DNA of 64,000 bases from an uncultured Chthoniobacterales bacterium. Lineage in GTDB: Bacteria > Verrucomicrobiota > Verrucomicrobiia > Chthoniobacterales > CALDSX01. Shown piece by piece: positions 27,873 through 38,652 of this stretch. Location: NCBI GenBank assembly GCA_937924445.1, contig CALDSX010000001.1:33802-97801 (forward strand), given 5' to 3'. The translations under genes were made by a program, and so were the position numbers. Numbering within the stretch: position 1 is the stretch's first letter; the number at the start of each line of letters is the position of its first letter. Below the pieces are notes generated by a model. The model had not been told where the DNA came from. It was given only the letters and a program-made list of their open reading frames with translations, and searched no databases.

Positions 27873-29108
27873 ATGGAAAAAAAGGACGCCTTTATCCTAA
27901 CGGTTGCAACCATTATCCTGCTTGCATTCGGGGCGATCGCGCTCTACAGCGCGGGTGCTCAAAATTTGCAAGGTCGGCAGCGGCTTCGTCCCGATGCGCC
28001 CCCTGCTACATCCCCATCGGTCTATGTTCAACGACAGGCTATTGTCCTCTGTGGGGCAGTCATTCCCTTCTTTTTTATCGCCAACACAGATTACCGCCGA
28101 CTTTTAGCATTCGCACCGTGGGGGTTGGTAGGGTTTTGTCTCCTTCTCGGACTCTGTTTCGTTGAACCAATCGGTCAGCGTATAAATGGTGCCGCGCGCT
28201 GGATAAGCTTTGGTCCCGTTTCATTTCAGCCATCCGAATTTTCAAAACTCGCTCTTGTCTTTTTCCTCGCCTATTGGTTCCAACGCATCGGCAGGAGAGC
28301 AGCGGAATTTCTTCATGGCTTTGTCATTCCTGGCCTTGCGGTTGGCACGGTCGCTGGTCTGGTCTTACTGGAAACCGATTTCGGCACAGGAGTGCTCATG
28401 CTGCTCTGTTCGGGGATTCTTATGTTCATTGGAGGCACGCGCCTTCGTTACCTTCTTGTTTCGGGACTAATCGTGATCGTCGCATTGGCATTTTTTCTCC
28501 TAAACTCTCCCGAACGTCGCAGCCGAATCGAAGCTTTTCTCAATCCTGAACAAGCGGCCGACGAATCACGACAGCAGACCGAAGGAATCAACGCCATCGG
28601 ATCTGGTGGCGCTTTTGGTGTCGGGCTTGGCAAGGGCAGACAAAAACTGCTTTACGTTCCATTTAGCCACACCGATTTTATCTTTACAATCATCGGCGAG
28701 GAAATGGGACTTGTGGGCACGCTGTCTGTGGTCTTTGCGTTCCTCCTTATTGCCGTAAGCGGGACCTCCATTTCGATTCGGGCACCTGACAAAGCAGGGC
28801 TTCTCGTTGGCATGGGCGCGACTCTTTTCATCGTCCTTCAAGCCATTATCAACCTTGGGGTTACCACCGGACTCACACCCAACAAGGGGTTGCCTCTGCC
28901 TTTCGTCAGTTTCGGCGGTTCCAACCTTCTCCTCTCCATCTGTTTTATTGCGGTTCTTATCAGTATTCATCGGCAAACGGGCCCGCGGCCTTTGGGGGAA
29001 GTGCAGGCTGTGCTTTATGCCCGCACAGGAAGGCTGCGTCCTCCTGGCCGGACCACCACCCTAAAATCACACTACCGTACCCGCGCACGGCGGCGCTCCC
29101 GACATTGA
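27873..29108 (+). CDS. ftsW: SEDS-family peptidoglycan glycosyltransferase FtsW
   Basis: Polytopic protein with FtsW/RodA signatures (FQPSEFSKLALVFFLA, HTDFIFTIIGEEMG, TGLTPNKGLPLPFVSFGGSN). Confidence 0.9.
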   Translation: MEKKDAFILTVATIILLAFGAIALYSAGAQNLQGRQRLRPDAPPATSPSVYVQRQAIVLCGAVIPFFFIANTDYRRLLAFAPWGLVGFCLLLGLCFVEPIGQRINGAARWISFGPVSFQPSEFSKLALVFFLAYWFQRIGRRAAEFLHGFVIPGLAVGTVAGLVLLETDFGTGVLMLLCSGILMFIGGTRLRYLLVSGLIVIVALAFFLLNSPERRSRIEAFLNPEQAADESRQQTEGINAIGSGGAFGVGLGKGRQKLLYVPFSHTDFIFTIIGEEMGLVGTLSVVFAFLLIAVSGTSISIRAPDKAGLLVGMGATLFIVLQAIINLGVTTGLTPNKGLPLPFVSFGGSNLLLSICFIAVLISIHRQTGPRPLGEVQAVLYARTGRLRPPGRTTTLKSHYRTRARRRSRH

Positions 29109-29146
29109 CAGCCGATGCCGTCTCGGAGACGAGGATCTTCGTCCTC

Positions 29147-29773
29147 TCAATGTTTAAAAAAGAGAGCCAACAGCTCCTCCACAGCCCGCCCTCTGTGGCT
29201 GAGGTGGTTTTTAAGATCCGCTTCCAACTCTGCGAATGTTTGGCAGAAACCATCAGGAATAAAGAGGGGATCATACCCAAACCCCCCTGCGCCCCGTTCA
29301 ACCGTCCCAATGAATCCCTCAACCACACCGACGCTTTCGGCCACAATCTCACCCTTCTGTGCCAGCACCAAGGCACAACGGAAACGCGCACTCCGTTCCC
29401 GCCCTTTCGCGCCGCAAGCATCGAGCTCGGCCAGCAACTTCGCCCGGTTTGATGCGTCGCCCGCTTTCGGACCGGCATACCTGGCCGACTGCACCCCCGG
29501 CGCACCCCCAAGTGCGTCCACCTCAAGCCCGGAATCATCCGCCAGCACCAACTCAGATAGCAACTTTGAAGCAGCCAGCGCTTTAATCCGTGCGTTCTCC
29601 ACAAACGAAGCACCATCCTCGGTCGGCTCGGGGATGTCAGGGCGCTTCGTTAAATCTGACACCACAAATCCCGCGCCCAACATCCGCGCAAACTCGGCTG
29701 TTTTGTGACGGTTCCGCGTTGCAATAACCAAAAAAATGGGCGCATCTGAATTTTTCAAATCCATGCTGTCCAT
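29147..29773 (-). CDS. rdgB: dITP/XTP pyrophosphatase (RdgB/HAM1 family)
   Basis: [37 protein letters not shown] and [10 protein letters not shown] motifs. Confidence 0.9.
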   Translation of the reverse strand: MDSMDLKNSDAPIFLVIATRNRHKTAEFARMLGAGFVVSDLTKRPDIPEPTEDGASFVENARIKALAASKLLSELVLADDSGLEVDALGGAPGVQSARYAGPKAGDASNRAKLLAELDACGAKGRERSARFRCALVLAQKGEIVAESVGVVEGFIGTVERGAGGFGYDPLFIPDGFCQTFAELEADLKNHLSHRGRAVEELLALFFKH

Positions 29774-29805
29774 TTCGCCGGAATCCGTTATTTTTCCAGC
29801 CCATT

Positions 29806-32469
29806 TTGACCCTCATCACGACACACAACCAGAATGCTATGTGCCCCGACTTTCGTCGTAAACCATATCCTTTCGACAGCATTGAACCCAAGTGGCAGGC
29901 CATTTGGGAAGAGGAACAGCTCTTCCGCGTGCCCAACCCGGGCGAACCCGGGTTCGATCCCTCAAAACCAAAATTCTACATCCTCGACATGTTCCCATAT
30001 CCCAGCGGAACGGGGCTTCATGTGGGGCATACAGAGGGCTACACCGCTACTGACATTGTTGCCCGTCACAAACGGCTCCTCGGCTTCAATGTTCTCCATC
30101 CCATGGGCTGGGACGCTTTCGGCCTCCCGGCCGAGCAGTATGCCATCAAAACCGGTCAGCATCCTCGTTCGACCACCGAATCCAACATTGCTAACTTCAG
30201 GAAGCAACTCAAACGCGTCGGCTTTTCCTACGATTGGTCTCGTGAGGTTAATACCACCGACCCGGCTTATTTCAGATGGACACAGTGGATCTTTCTCCGC
30301 CTTTATAATTCATGGTTCGACCCGGTTCAGCGTAAAGCTCGTCCCATCTCGGAGCTGGAAATCTCCAGAGAAAAAGAGCATCCTAGCGAGCCGATCGCCG
30401 AACGTCGCGCTTTTCTGGACTCCAAACGTCTCGCTTACGTCACCGAAATGCCAGTCAACTGGTGTCCCGCCTTGGGCACCGTTCTGGCCAATGAGGAAGT
30501 CGAGGATGGGCGCAGTGAAGTGGGAGGTCATCCGGTCGAACGTCGCCCCATGCGCCAGTGGATGCTGCGCATCACAGAATATGCCGAACGGCTCATCGAA
30601 GATCTTGATCTTGTCGACTGGCCTGAGTCCATCAAACTTCTCCAACGAAATTGGATAGGTCGCAGCGAAGGGGCTACCGTCCGCTTTCCAATCGTCAACT
30701 CGAATCACTCTATCGAAGTTTTCACCACCCGGCCCGACACGCTTTTCGGTGCGACCTACATGGTGCTTTCACCGGAACATCCGCTCGTGGACAAAATCGC
30801 CTCTCCAACACAGCAGGATGCCATCGCAACGTATCGTGCCTCGATTGCTGCAAAGACGGACCTTGAACGTACCGATTTGGCAAAAGAAAAAACCGGCGTG
30901 TTTACCGGTGTTCATGCAATCAATCCCGTCAACGGTGAAAAAATCCCCGTTTGGATCGCCGACTACGTCCTCATGAGTTACGGCACCGGCGCCATTATGG
31001 CCGTGCCAGCCCACGACGAGCGCGACTTCGAGTTTGCGTCTCTTTTCAAACTCCCCATTCGCACGGTTGTTCTCCCCAGTGAACAACACGGGGCAGCGGG
31101 GGATTCGATCCCCGATCCATCCAGCATCTCTACAACACCCCCCACCCCTTTCTGTGGAGAAGGCATCAACATTCACAGCGGTTTCCTGAACGGTCTGCCC
31201 ACTGACCGTGCGAAGAGTGCGATGATTGAATGGCTCGAAGCAAATGGAGTCGGTTCCCGCCGGGTGAATTATAAGCTTCGCGACTGGCTCTTCTCACGTC
31301 AGCGCTATTGGGGAGAGCCTTTCCCTATCGTTTGGGATGACGATAATTTTCATTACCCCATTTCAGATGAAGATCTGCCTTTGTTACCTCCAGAGCTGGA
31401 CGACTTCAAACCGACCGGCTCCGGCGAACCACCTCTCGCCCGCGCCAAGGAGTGGGTTTCTGCCGGGCAAGGATACCGGCGTGAGACCAACACCATGCCG
31501 CAATGGGCTGGGTCTTGTTGGTATTACCTTCGCTTTTGTGATCCCGCAAACCCCAGCCGTTTCGTCTCCGAAGAAGCCGAAAAATATTGGATGAACGTGG
31601 ATCTCTACGTCGGTGGCACTGAACACGCCGTTCTCCACCTTCTCTACGCCCGGTTCTGGCACAAAGTGCTCTTCGACCTCGGCCTCGTCTCCACGGCGGA
31701 ACCTTTCCAACGCCTCGTCAACCAGGGCATTATTCTCGGGGAAGATGGCCAGAAAATGTCGAAGAGTCTTGGCAACGTCGTTAACCCCGAGACCGTGATC
31801 CAAAGTCATGGAGCCGACGCCCTCCGTCTCTACGAAATGTTTATGGGCCCGCTCAAAGACGCCAAGCCATGGAGCACCACTGGCGTAGAGGGTGTCTCAC
31901 GCTTTCTCGCCCGTGTCTGGCGTCTCATTATGGAAGAGACACGCGACGGCCTATGGATCCTCTCCGGGTCAGTCGTGGATGCTCAGCCCACTCCTAATCT
32001 CCGCCGTTGTCTGCACGCCACAATTAAAAAAGTCACGCTCGACCTCGGTGAACTCGCCTTTAACACTGCCATCTCACAGATGATGATTCTCGCAAACGAA
32101 CTGACCGCTCTCGAAAAACGGCCCGTCTCTGTCCTGCGCGATTTCCTCATCCTACTTAACCCGTTCGCCCCGCATTTGACAGAAGAGTTATGGGAAAACC
32201 TCAGCATTAAATTCCCTTCTTTCAAGGGTAGAATCACCGATCAACACTGGCCCACTTGGATCGACGACTTCCTCAAGGAAACCGAAATCGAAATTGTCGT
32301 CCAGATCAATGGCAAAGTGCGCGACCATCTCCGTGTGGCGCCCAGCCTCTCCAAAGCCGAACTCGAAGCTGCCGCACTTGCTCTCCCAAAAATCTCCTCC
32401 ACACTCGCGGCAACACCACTCCGCAAGGTGATCGTCGTCCCTGGAAAACTCGTCAATATTGTCGTCTGA
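29806..32469 (+). CDS. leuS: leucine--tRNA ligase
   Basis: [18 protein letters not shown] (HIGH region), KMSKSLGN (KMSKS), CP1 editing domain; 887 aa. The probable true start is the internal Met at 29839. Confidence 0.95.
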   Translation: MTLITTHNQNAMCPDFRRKPYPFDSIEPKWQAIWEEEQLFRVPNPGEPGFDPSKPKFYILDMFPYPSGTGLHVGHTEGYTATDIVARHKRLLGFNVLHPMGWDAFGLPAEQYAIKTGQHPRSTTESNIANFRKQLKRVGFSYDWSREVNTTDPAYFRWTQWIFLRLYNSWFDPVQRKARPISELEISREKEHPSEPIAERRAFLDSKRLAYVTEMPVNWCPALGTVLANEEVEDGRSEVGGHPVERRPMRQWMLRITEYAERLIEDLDLVDWPESIKLLQRNWIGRSEGATVRFPIVNSNHSIEVFTTRPDTLFGATYMVLSPEHPLVDKIASPTQQDAIATYRASIAAKTDLERTDLAKEKTGVFTGVHAINPVNGEKIPVWIADYVLMSYGTGAIMAVPAHDERDFEFASLFKLPIRTVVLPSEQHGAAGDSIPDPSSISTTPPTPFCGEGINIHSGFLNGLPTDRAKSAMIEWLEANGVGSRRVNYKLRDWLFSRQRYWGEPFPIVWDDDNFHYPISDEDLPLLPPELDDFKPTGSGEPPLARAKEWVSAGQGYRRETNTMPQWAGSCWYYLRFCDPANPSRFVSEEAEKYWMNVDLYVGGTEHAVLHLLYARFWHKVLFDLGLVSTAEPFQRLVNQGIILGEDGQKMSKSLGNVVNPETVIQSHGADALRLYEMFMGPLKDAKPWSTTGVEGVSRFLARVWRLIMEETRDGLWILSGSVVDAQPTPNLRRCLHATIKKVTLDLGELAFNTAISQMMILANELTALEKRPVSVLRDFLILLNPFAPHLTEELWENLSIKFPSFKGRITDQHWPTWIDDFLKETEIEIVVQINGKVRDHLRVAPSLSKAELEAAALALPKISSTLAATPLRKVIVVPGKLVNIVV

Positions 32470-32516
32470 AGCCCAGCCACAAACTGACCCACGAGATCCT
32501 TTCGGCGGGCGATCCC

Positions 32517-34499
32517 CTAAAATGGCGTTCGAGCCAGCTCCCAGTTCTCTGTCAGTTCGTCAGGTATCTCCACAAGAAACCGCGAAGGTGGCGGGCATGG
32601 ATCACCCCAACCCGCATTTTGCCGAACCAGCGGCCGCAGAAGATATAGTTTGTCTTTGGCACGCGTGGTGGCCACGTAGAAAAGCCGTCTTTCCTCCTCG
32701 ATAGCCCCTGGATTTCCAATGGCGCGATTTGTCGGGAACATGCCCTCACAAAGATAGATAAGAAACACGACCGACCATTCCAAACCCTTCGCCTGGTGGA
32801 CGGTGCTCAGGGTGATCTGCCGGTCCAAATCGCCTCCACTTGTTCGCTGTCCCACCCTTTCATCAGGGTCAGTTTGCAGGCTGATCTGAGCAAGCATTTC
32901 GGTGAGATCATCAAAGCCATCCCCGAATCTCGCCAACTCCTCGAGGTCGGTCAGCCGGTCCTCCGCGTCAGGATAAGTTCGTTTCAGGTATTCACCATAG
33001 CCCGCTTCAACAATGATTTGGATAGCCTCACTCGGAGACGGGCGATTCCCTTGCGAGCCAGGAGCAATCTGGTCGAGCGTGCGACACAACTGCTGCCACT
33101 CCGCCACGGCTTTCTTGGGTGGTTTTATCTGATCGAGCAGTGAACCAAGTGCTGGGAGCTCGTTGCCTGAGGTTTTTTCAATTTGCTCGCAGACCCTATT
33201 CCAGAGCCCTTCAGCGGTTTTCTCCCCCACCCCAGGCAGAGGCTTAAGGAGTCGTTTGAACGACACCTCATCGCGAGGGTTCGTGGCGAAACGAAGCCAA
33301 GCGGCAACGTCTTTAATGTGGGCCTGTTCATAAAATCGGATACCGCTGGTGATCTCAAAACGAAGCCCGGCACGGGTCAACGCCAGCTGCACCTCCATAG
33401 ACTGGTAGTGTGCGCGATAAAGGATCGCAATCTCACCCGGCGGGACGCCACTCTCCAAACAATCAACAATCTGCGACACCACAAACTGCGCCTGGGCATC
33501 GGAGGTGGCAAGTGCCACGCGCACCGGACGAATATCGGGCGCTTCGCGGGCAGGGAGAAGTATTTTGGGAAATTGAACGCAATTGTTTCGGATCGAAGCA
33601 TTGGCCACTTCGAGAATGCCAGGAAGGCTGCGATAGTTTGTTTCTATGCGATAAATCAACGCTTTCGGATGGCGCTTTTGGAAATTTATGATATTACGAT
33701 AATCCGCCCCGCGCCAAGAGTAGATGCATTGGGCATCATCACCCACTGCGGTGATGTTGGCGGCTTCCCCAGCGAGCAAATCCACCAAGTCAGACTGAAG
33801 TGCGTTGGTATCCTGATATTCATCCACGAGGATAAATCGAAGCGTGCGTTGGTAAAATTCCAAATCCTCTGGGTTCGCCGTCAAAAGGGCCAAAGGGGCA
33901 GCCAGAAGGTCGTCAAAATCTGCCGCGTTGGCCTCATTTTTTTTCTGCTCATAAACTGCCGCGATCTTCGAAATAAGTTCAAGATCGTCAAAAAACTCGT
34001 CATACTTCTGAGCAACAACCTCTTCGAGCGGGGTACGCGTGTTAATGGAGTAACTCAGCAGCGGGCCAAGGACAGAGGGCTTGGGGAAATTTTTGTTTTT
34101 GGGATCCACACCCACCTCGGCATAGGAAAATTTCAGCAATTGCTCCGCGTCGTCCCTGTCGAGAACCGCTAGCGGCGGTTCACCAAGCCGCACACGGCGT
34201 CGCCGCAGAATCCTGTAGCCAATGGAATGAAATGTGCCGGCCCATATTCGCAAGACATCCTCGGGAAGGATTTGCGCCGCTCGATGGATCATTTCTCGCG
34301 CGGCTTTGTTGGTAAACGTCAACAGGAGGATGCTTGACGGGGAGACCCCGTTGGCAATCAGGTAAGCCAACCGATGAATCAGCGTGCGGGTTTTTCCGCT
34401 GCCCGCACCGGCAAGCACTAAAACCGGCCCGGGCGGAGCAGTCACAGCAGCGATTTGCTGAGGGTTGAGTCCGGCCAGCGGGTCCTTTACAGCCGACAT
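32517..34499 (-). CDS. UvrD/PcrA/Rep-family ATP-dependent DNA helicase
   Basis: LNPQQIAAVTAPPGPVLVLAGAGSGKTRTL, ILVDEYQDTN and TVHQAKGLEW superfamily-1 helicase motifs. Confidence 0.9.
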   Translation of the reverse strand: MSAVKDPLAGLNPQQIAAVTAPPGPVLVLAGAGSGKTRTLIHRLAYLIANGVSPSSILLLTFTNKAAREMIHRAAQILPEDVLRIWAGTFHSIGYRILRRRRVRLGEPPLAVLDRDDAEQLLKFSYAEVGVDPKNKNFPKPSVLGPLLSYSINTRTPLEEVVAQKYDEFFDDLELISKIAAVYEQKKNEANAADFDDLLAAPLALLTANPEDLEFYQRTLRFILVDEYQDTNALQSDLVDLLAGEAANITAVGDDAQCIYSWRGADYRNIINFQKRHPKALIYRIETNYRSLPGILEVANASIRNNCVQFPKILLPAREAPDIRPVRVALATSDAQAQFVVSQIVDCLESGVPPGEIAILYRAHYQSMEVQLALTRAGLRFEITSGIRFYEQAHIKDVAAWLRFATNPRDEVSFKRLLKPLPGVGEKTAEGLWNRVCEQIEKTSGNELPALGSLLDQIKPPKKAVAEWQQLCRTLDQIAPGSQGNRPSPSEAIQIIVEAGYGEYLKRTYPDAEDRLTDLEELARFGDGFDDLTEMLAQISLQTDPDERVGQRTSGGDLDRQITLSTVHQAKGLEWSVVFLIYLCEGMFPTNRAIGNPGAIEEERRLFYVATTRAKDKLYLLRPLVRQNAGWGDPCPPPSRFLVEIPDELTENWELARTPF

Positions 34500-34513
34500 T
34501 TAAGATATAAGGA

Positions 34514-34990
34514 TCAGTGAAGCTCAGGGCCGTCAGGTTCAGACGCACCAGGGCCCGACTCGATCTGGCGCAAGAGATCCGACATATCCTCCACCTCATC
34601 CCAAACAGTTTTGGTGACGTAAATAGGTGCACTCTGGGCCAAAGCCAACGCTATCGAATCGCTCGGACGGGCGTCAATCTCGAGAATTTTTTTGGTATGC
34701 AATTCATTCTCCGCGCTGATAATAAGCCGCGCAAAATAGGTCGAGGTTTTAATATCATTTATTATGGCCCTTTCAATGCGAGCACCCAGTGCGGTCAAAA
34801 CATTCAGAAAGAGGTCATGTGTCAGCGGACGCTCCCTCGGCAGACCTTTGAAAAGCATCGCAATGGCTGTCCCAACACCTTGATCCACGTAGATGACAAA
34901 CACCTTCTCGTCAGTTCCAACAAAAACCGCAAATCCATTTGCGCTTGGGAGCACAGTGCGGATAGAAACCTGGATAACCTGATTTACCAT
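34514..34990 (-). CDS. bifunctional nuclease (BFN/DUF151) domain protein
   Basis: FAVFVGTDEKVFVIYVDQGVGTAIA...RPLTHDL...IDARPSDSIALAL matches the BFN domain pattern. It lies 14 nt upstream of the helicase gene on the same strand. Confidence 0.7.
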   Translation of the reverse strand: MVNQVIQVSIRTVLPSANGFAVFVGTDEKVFVIYVDQGVGTAIAMLFKGLPRERPLTHDLFLNVLTALGARIERAIINDIKTSTYFARLIISAENELHTKKILEIDARPSDSIALALAQSAPIYVTKTVWDEVEDMSDLLRQIESGPGASEPDGPELH

Positions 34991-35264
34991 AACTTAATCA
35001 TAACCCGGATTTTTCTGGTTTCGAGTGGCGAGTTTTAAGAAATTATTCTCAGAGAAAATCTCTCCTCTCAAAACGCTAAAGTATATCCAGATTATCAAGA
35101 TTCAGAACCATCCAGGTGCCCGCCAAAGTCTGGGGGGGGGAGTTAAGCTCATAATGACACGTCGAAAGGCAACGAAGGTCAACGCCGCCGACAGGGTCAT
35201 TACGAAGTGTCGCGCCGAGGGCCACCTTGCAACGGCAATTCAGACTTGAGATCACTCACGCGAA

Positions 35265-35885
35265 ATGCTAAATGTAGGGCCTATGGAAATAATCCTGCCC
35301 ATCCTCCTAGGTCTTGGCGCTGTAGTTTTCCTGCTCCTGATGTTCATCATGGGCGTCTATAACTCGCTCATCGAGCTACGCAACAGATTCAAAAATGCCT
35401 ACGCGCAAATTGACGTTCAATTAAAACGCCGCTACGACCTCATCCCCAATCTGGTAGAGACCGTGAAAGGCTACATGGCCCACGAGAAAAACACTCTTGA
35501 GGCAGTCATTGCTGCGCGAAACCAAGCAGTTTCGGCAAATGCAGCCGCCGCAGCCAACCCAGGCGACGCCACTGCCATGCAGCAGTTAAGCGCGAGTGAA
35601 GGTGCCCTTGCAGGAACGCTCGGACGCCTCTTCGCTCTTTCAGAGGCCTACCCCGACCTCAAAGCAAGTCAGAATATGATGCAACTTACAGAGGAACTCA
35701 CCTCAACGGAAAATAAAGTAGCCTTTGCACGCCAGGCCTACAATGATGCAGTCATGGCCTACAATACCAAACGCGAGCTGTTCCCGAACAATATCTTCGC
35801 TGGAATGTTTGGTTTCACAGAAGCGCGTCAATTCACGGTAGACAATCCGATCGAGAAAGAAGCTCCCAAGGTCTCATTTTCCTAG
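35265..35885 (+). CDS. lemA: LemA family protein
   Basis: N-terminal TM segment followed by YNSLIELRNRFKNAYAQIDVQLKRRYDLIPNLVETVKGY, the LemA signature. Confidence 0.9.
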   Translation: MLNVGPMEIILPILLGLGAVVFLLLMFIMGVYNSLIELRNRFKNAYAQIDVQLKRRYDLIPNLVETVKGYMAHEKNTLEAVIAARNQAVSANAAAAANPGDATAMQQLSASEGALAGTLGRLFALSEAYPDLKASQNMMQLTEELTSTENKVAFARQAYNDAVMAYNTKRELFPNNIFAGMFGFTEARQFTVDNPIEKEAPKVSFS

Positions 35886-35957
35886 CTCAACCGAACGCCT
35901 CAGTTCAATTTGATTTCTCCCGGTCCGAATCGGACAACTGCCGGAGAGCATTTTGGA

Positions 35958-37997
35958 ATGAATTTTTTTGACCACCAAAGCCGAGCCAAACAACGCACGG
36001 GCCTGTTATTGTTTTTATTTGCCTGTGGCATTGTTGGCATAGCTGCTTGTATTTGGGGACTTGTTGCTCTCGGGCTTGGGCAACAAGCCTTTAGACCTGA
36101 GATCATCGTTGGCACACTTGTAGGTGTGGGAGGTCTCGTTAGCCTCGGCAGTCTCTATCGAACCGTGAGCCTCAGTGCGGGAGGATCTGCGGTCGCCTCA
36201 CAGCTCGGCGGGCGACTCCTTGACCCGGCAAATACCCGCGAACCGCTCGAACGTCGCCTCCTCAATGTGGTCGAAGAAATGGCCCTCGCTTCCGGGGTGC
36301 CGGTGCCACCGGTTTACGTCATGGATAACGAGCCCGGTATCAACGCTTTTGCCGCCGGCAAAACCATTGGTGATGCTGTGATTGGTGTGACCCGCGGTAC
36401 ATTGGAAGCCCTCTCCCGCGACGAACTTCAAGGAGTTATTGCGCATGAATTTAGTCATATCCTCAATGGTGACATGCGGCTGAACATTCGTCTTATCGGC
36501 CTGATTCATGGAATTCTCCTTATTGCATTGGTCGGTCGGCTGATGGTTCAGCTCGCAGGAAGATCCTCTTCCATACGCTCATCCTCGTCCGAAAGGGGGA
36601 ATAGCTTCGTAGGACTCGCGATTTTTGGCCTCGGTCTCTTAATGATCGGGAGCATCGGCTCTTTTTTCAGTAATCTCATCAAAGCTGCTGTGAGTCGCCA
36701 GCGAGAATTTCTTGCCGACGCTTCCGCGGTTCAATTCACGCGGAATCCGGATGGCATCGCCGGAGCATTGAAAAAAATCGGAGCACTCTCTTTTGGCTCC
36801 CACGTTAAAGCTCAAGGGGCGGAAGAAGTAAGCCACATGTTCTTTGCCGACGGGCTGCAGCGGCTCTTCGGCGGTTTTCTCGCAACTCATCCGCCGCTGA
36901 TCCGCCGAATCAAGGCTATTGATCCGAACTTTAATGGCGACTTTGCCGGATGGCTTGCTTCACAGCAACGCAGACGTGAAGCGAAGGACGACTCGAAAGA
37001 CTCTTATCCAAAAGAATCAAAGGCTAGCCGTCCTCCGCTCACCATCCCGGGCTTGCCACAAATTCCCGGTTTCCCTGGCGTGAGTGTCGGTTTTGCTGAG
37101 CAGAGCACCGCAGGAAAAAGCCTCGGACATAAATCAGCCTCCGCCCGGGCACCCCATGTGAGCCAAATGGTCAGCGAAATTATTGATAAAGTCGGCCTTT
37201 TTGAAGTCTCCAGTGGGCATTGGTTGCGAGCAGATCTCAACGAACTACCAGAGCCAATCTTAGACGCATGCCGCGACCTTTATGGTGCAGCAACTCTTCT
37301 TACCGGTTTGATTCTGTCCAGCGAAGCTGTTGTGCAACGTGCTCAGCTTGAGCAAGTTTCTCAAGTCATGGGCGAAGTTTTTGCGGCCGACTCACTGAAG
37401 CTGACTCACGAATTGATGGCCCTCACCCCCGCACGTCGAATTGCTGTACTCGAAATTCTTGCACCCCCGCTGAGAGCTCTATCGCCCGGGCAATATTCCA
37501 CCCTGGCACGCCTCATGCGCACTATAATGGAACTGGATGGGCAGATATGTCTTTTTGAGTTTGCCGTGCATCGGTCTCTTATTCGGCTGCTTGACCAGCA
37601 CTTTGGTCTGGACTCTCCACCACGAGTGAACCGTCGGTCGCTAGCAAAACTCTCCCCTCAAATACGTATCCTGCTCGGGTTTCTTGCGGCCTCAAATGGC
37701 TCTGAAGACGGCGGAGCCTCTGCTTACAGCCAAGCCGTCTCGCTCCTCCCCGGCCTGCCACAGGAAGACCGCGTCCCGCCACCCCCGGAGTTTCTTAAAC
37801 TTGAACACCTCGATAATGCCCTCGATGACCTGGTCGAACTCGTTCCAGATCAACGTGGCCTGTTACTCCAAGCCTGCGCCACGGCGATCTTGTCTGACGG
37901 AAAACTACTGCCCGAAGAATTTACTCTGATCCGTGCAATAGCCAGCTCACTCGACTGCCCGATGCCGCCCCTTCTTATTCGAGGTGTCATCGCCTGA
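35958..37997 (+). CDS. M48-family zinc metallopeptidase with long C-terminal TerB-like helical region
   Basis: HEFSHILNGD (HExxH), flanking TM segments, and a C-terminal half ending LLLQACATAILSDGKLLPEEFTLIRAIASSL. The start is taken at ATG 35958 (MNFFDHQSRAK); the track ORF begins at 35910. Confidence 0.8.
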   Translation: MNFFDHQSRAKQRTGLLLFLFACGIVGIAACIWGLVALGLGQQAFRPEIIVGTLVGVGGLVSLGSLYRTVSLSAGGSAVASQLGGRLLDPANTREPLERRLLNVVEEMALASGVPVPPVYVMDNEPGINAFAAGKTIGDAVIGVTRGTLEALSRDELQGVIAHEFSHILNGDMRLNIRLIGLIHGILLIALVGRLMVQLAGRSSSIRSSSSERGNSFVGLAIFGLGLLMIGSIGSFFSNLIKAAVSRQREFLADASAVQFTRNPDGIAGALKKIGALSFGSHVKAQGAEEVSHMFFADGLQRLFGGFLATHPPLIRRIKAIDPNFNGDFAGWLASQQRRREAKDDSKDSYPKESKASRPPLTIPGLPQIPGFPGVSVGFAEQSTAGKSLGHKSASARAPHVSQMVSEIIDKVGLFEVSSGHWLRADLNELPEPILDACRDLYGAATLLTGLILSSEAVVQRAQLEQVSQVMGEVFAADSLKLTHELMALTPARRIAVLEILAPPLRALSPGQYSTLARLMRTIMELDGQICLFEFAVHRSLIRLLDQHFGLDSPPRVNRRSLAKLSPQIRILLGFLAASNGSEDGGASAYSQAVSLLPGLPQEDRVPPPPEFLKLEHLDNALDDLVELVPDQRGLLLQACATAILSDGKLLPEEFTLIRAIASSLDCPMPPLLIRGVIA

Positions 37998-38145
37998 TTC
38001 ACATGAGTTGAGCAAGTCCCGCTCGGGGGCACTCCAAGGAAATAGATAAGTCTTTTTATTCCTGCGTCAGACAATTCCTTTCAGGATACACTTGACACCA
38101 CAAGCTATTGGGTTGAAATGGTTCGTTAAGTGCACGAGGCCACAA

Positions 38146-38640
38146 ATGCAATGCCCTAAATGTGGATGTTTAGAAGACAAGGTGATAGATTCTCGTCAGT
38201 CGCGAGACGGCTTAAGCATCCGTCGGCGCAGAATTTGCCAAGGGTGCGGACATCGGTTCACAACTTACGAGGAAATCGAACGGGCAAGCATTAAAGTCCA
38301 AAAGCGCGATGGGCGCACCGAACAGTTTGAAAGAAGCAAACTGCTCGGTGGCATTATGAAAGCCTGCGAGAAACGTCCCATCCCGCTTTCCACCATCGAA
38401 CGTCTAACGGACGACATCATTAGCGACTTGGAACACACCTTTGGTCGCGTTGTCGCTAGCCGCGATATTGGGATTGCAGTGATGGAGAAACTTCATTCCC
38501 TCGACGAAGTTGCTTATGTCCGTTATGCTTCGGTCTATCGTCAATTTCAGGATGTCGGCGAGTTTATAGACACGATCAAGGCTCTGGAACGTAAAGTTAA
38601 AGTGCACGCAGAACAAGGTACGCTGTTCAAATTCGGCTAA
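38146..38640 (+). CDS. nrdR: transcriptional repressor NrdR
   Basis: MQCPKCGC...ICQGCGHRFTTYE zinc ribbon followed by an ATP-cone. The start is taken at the conserved MQCP. Confidence 0.9.
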   Translation: MQCPKCGCLEDKVIDSRQSRDGLSIRRRRICQGCGHRFTTYEEIERASIKVQKRDGRTEQFERSKLLGGIMKACEKRPIPLSTIERLTDDIISDLEHTFGRVVASRDIGIAVMEKLHSLDEVAYVRYASVYRQFQDVGEFIDTIKALERKVKVHAEQGTLFKFG

Positions 38641-38652
38641 CCTTCCCCAGCT

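Noticed and set aside
28960-29708. 218-aa minus-strand and 197-aa plus-strand ORFs overlapping rdgB and the ftsW 3' end
   Set aside because: The rdgB frame (29147-29773) carries clear HAM1 motifs. The alternatives are compositional artefacts.
33183-34172. Long ORFs antisense to, or in alternative frames of, well-supported genes (for example 33183-34172 vs uvrD, 2674-3321 vs cimA, 15932-16693 vs the SDR gene, 29834-30658 vs leuS, 26024-26620 vs murD, 52560-53150 vs aas)
   Set aside because: Each is fully nested in a gene with strong family motifs, has a low-complexity Arg/Ser/Pro-rich translation and shows no recognisable domain.
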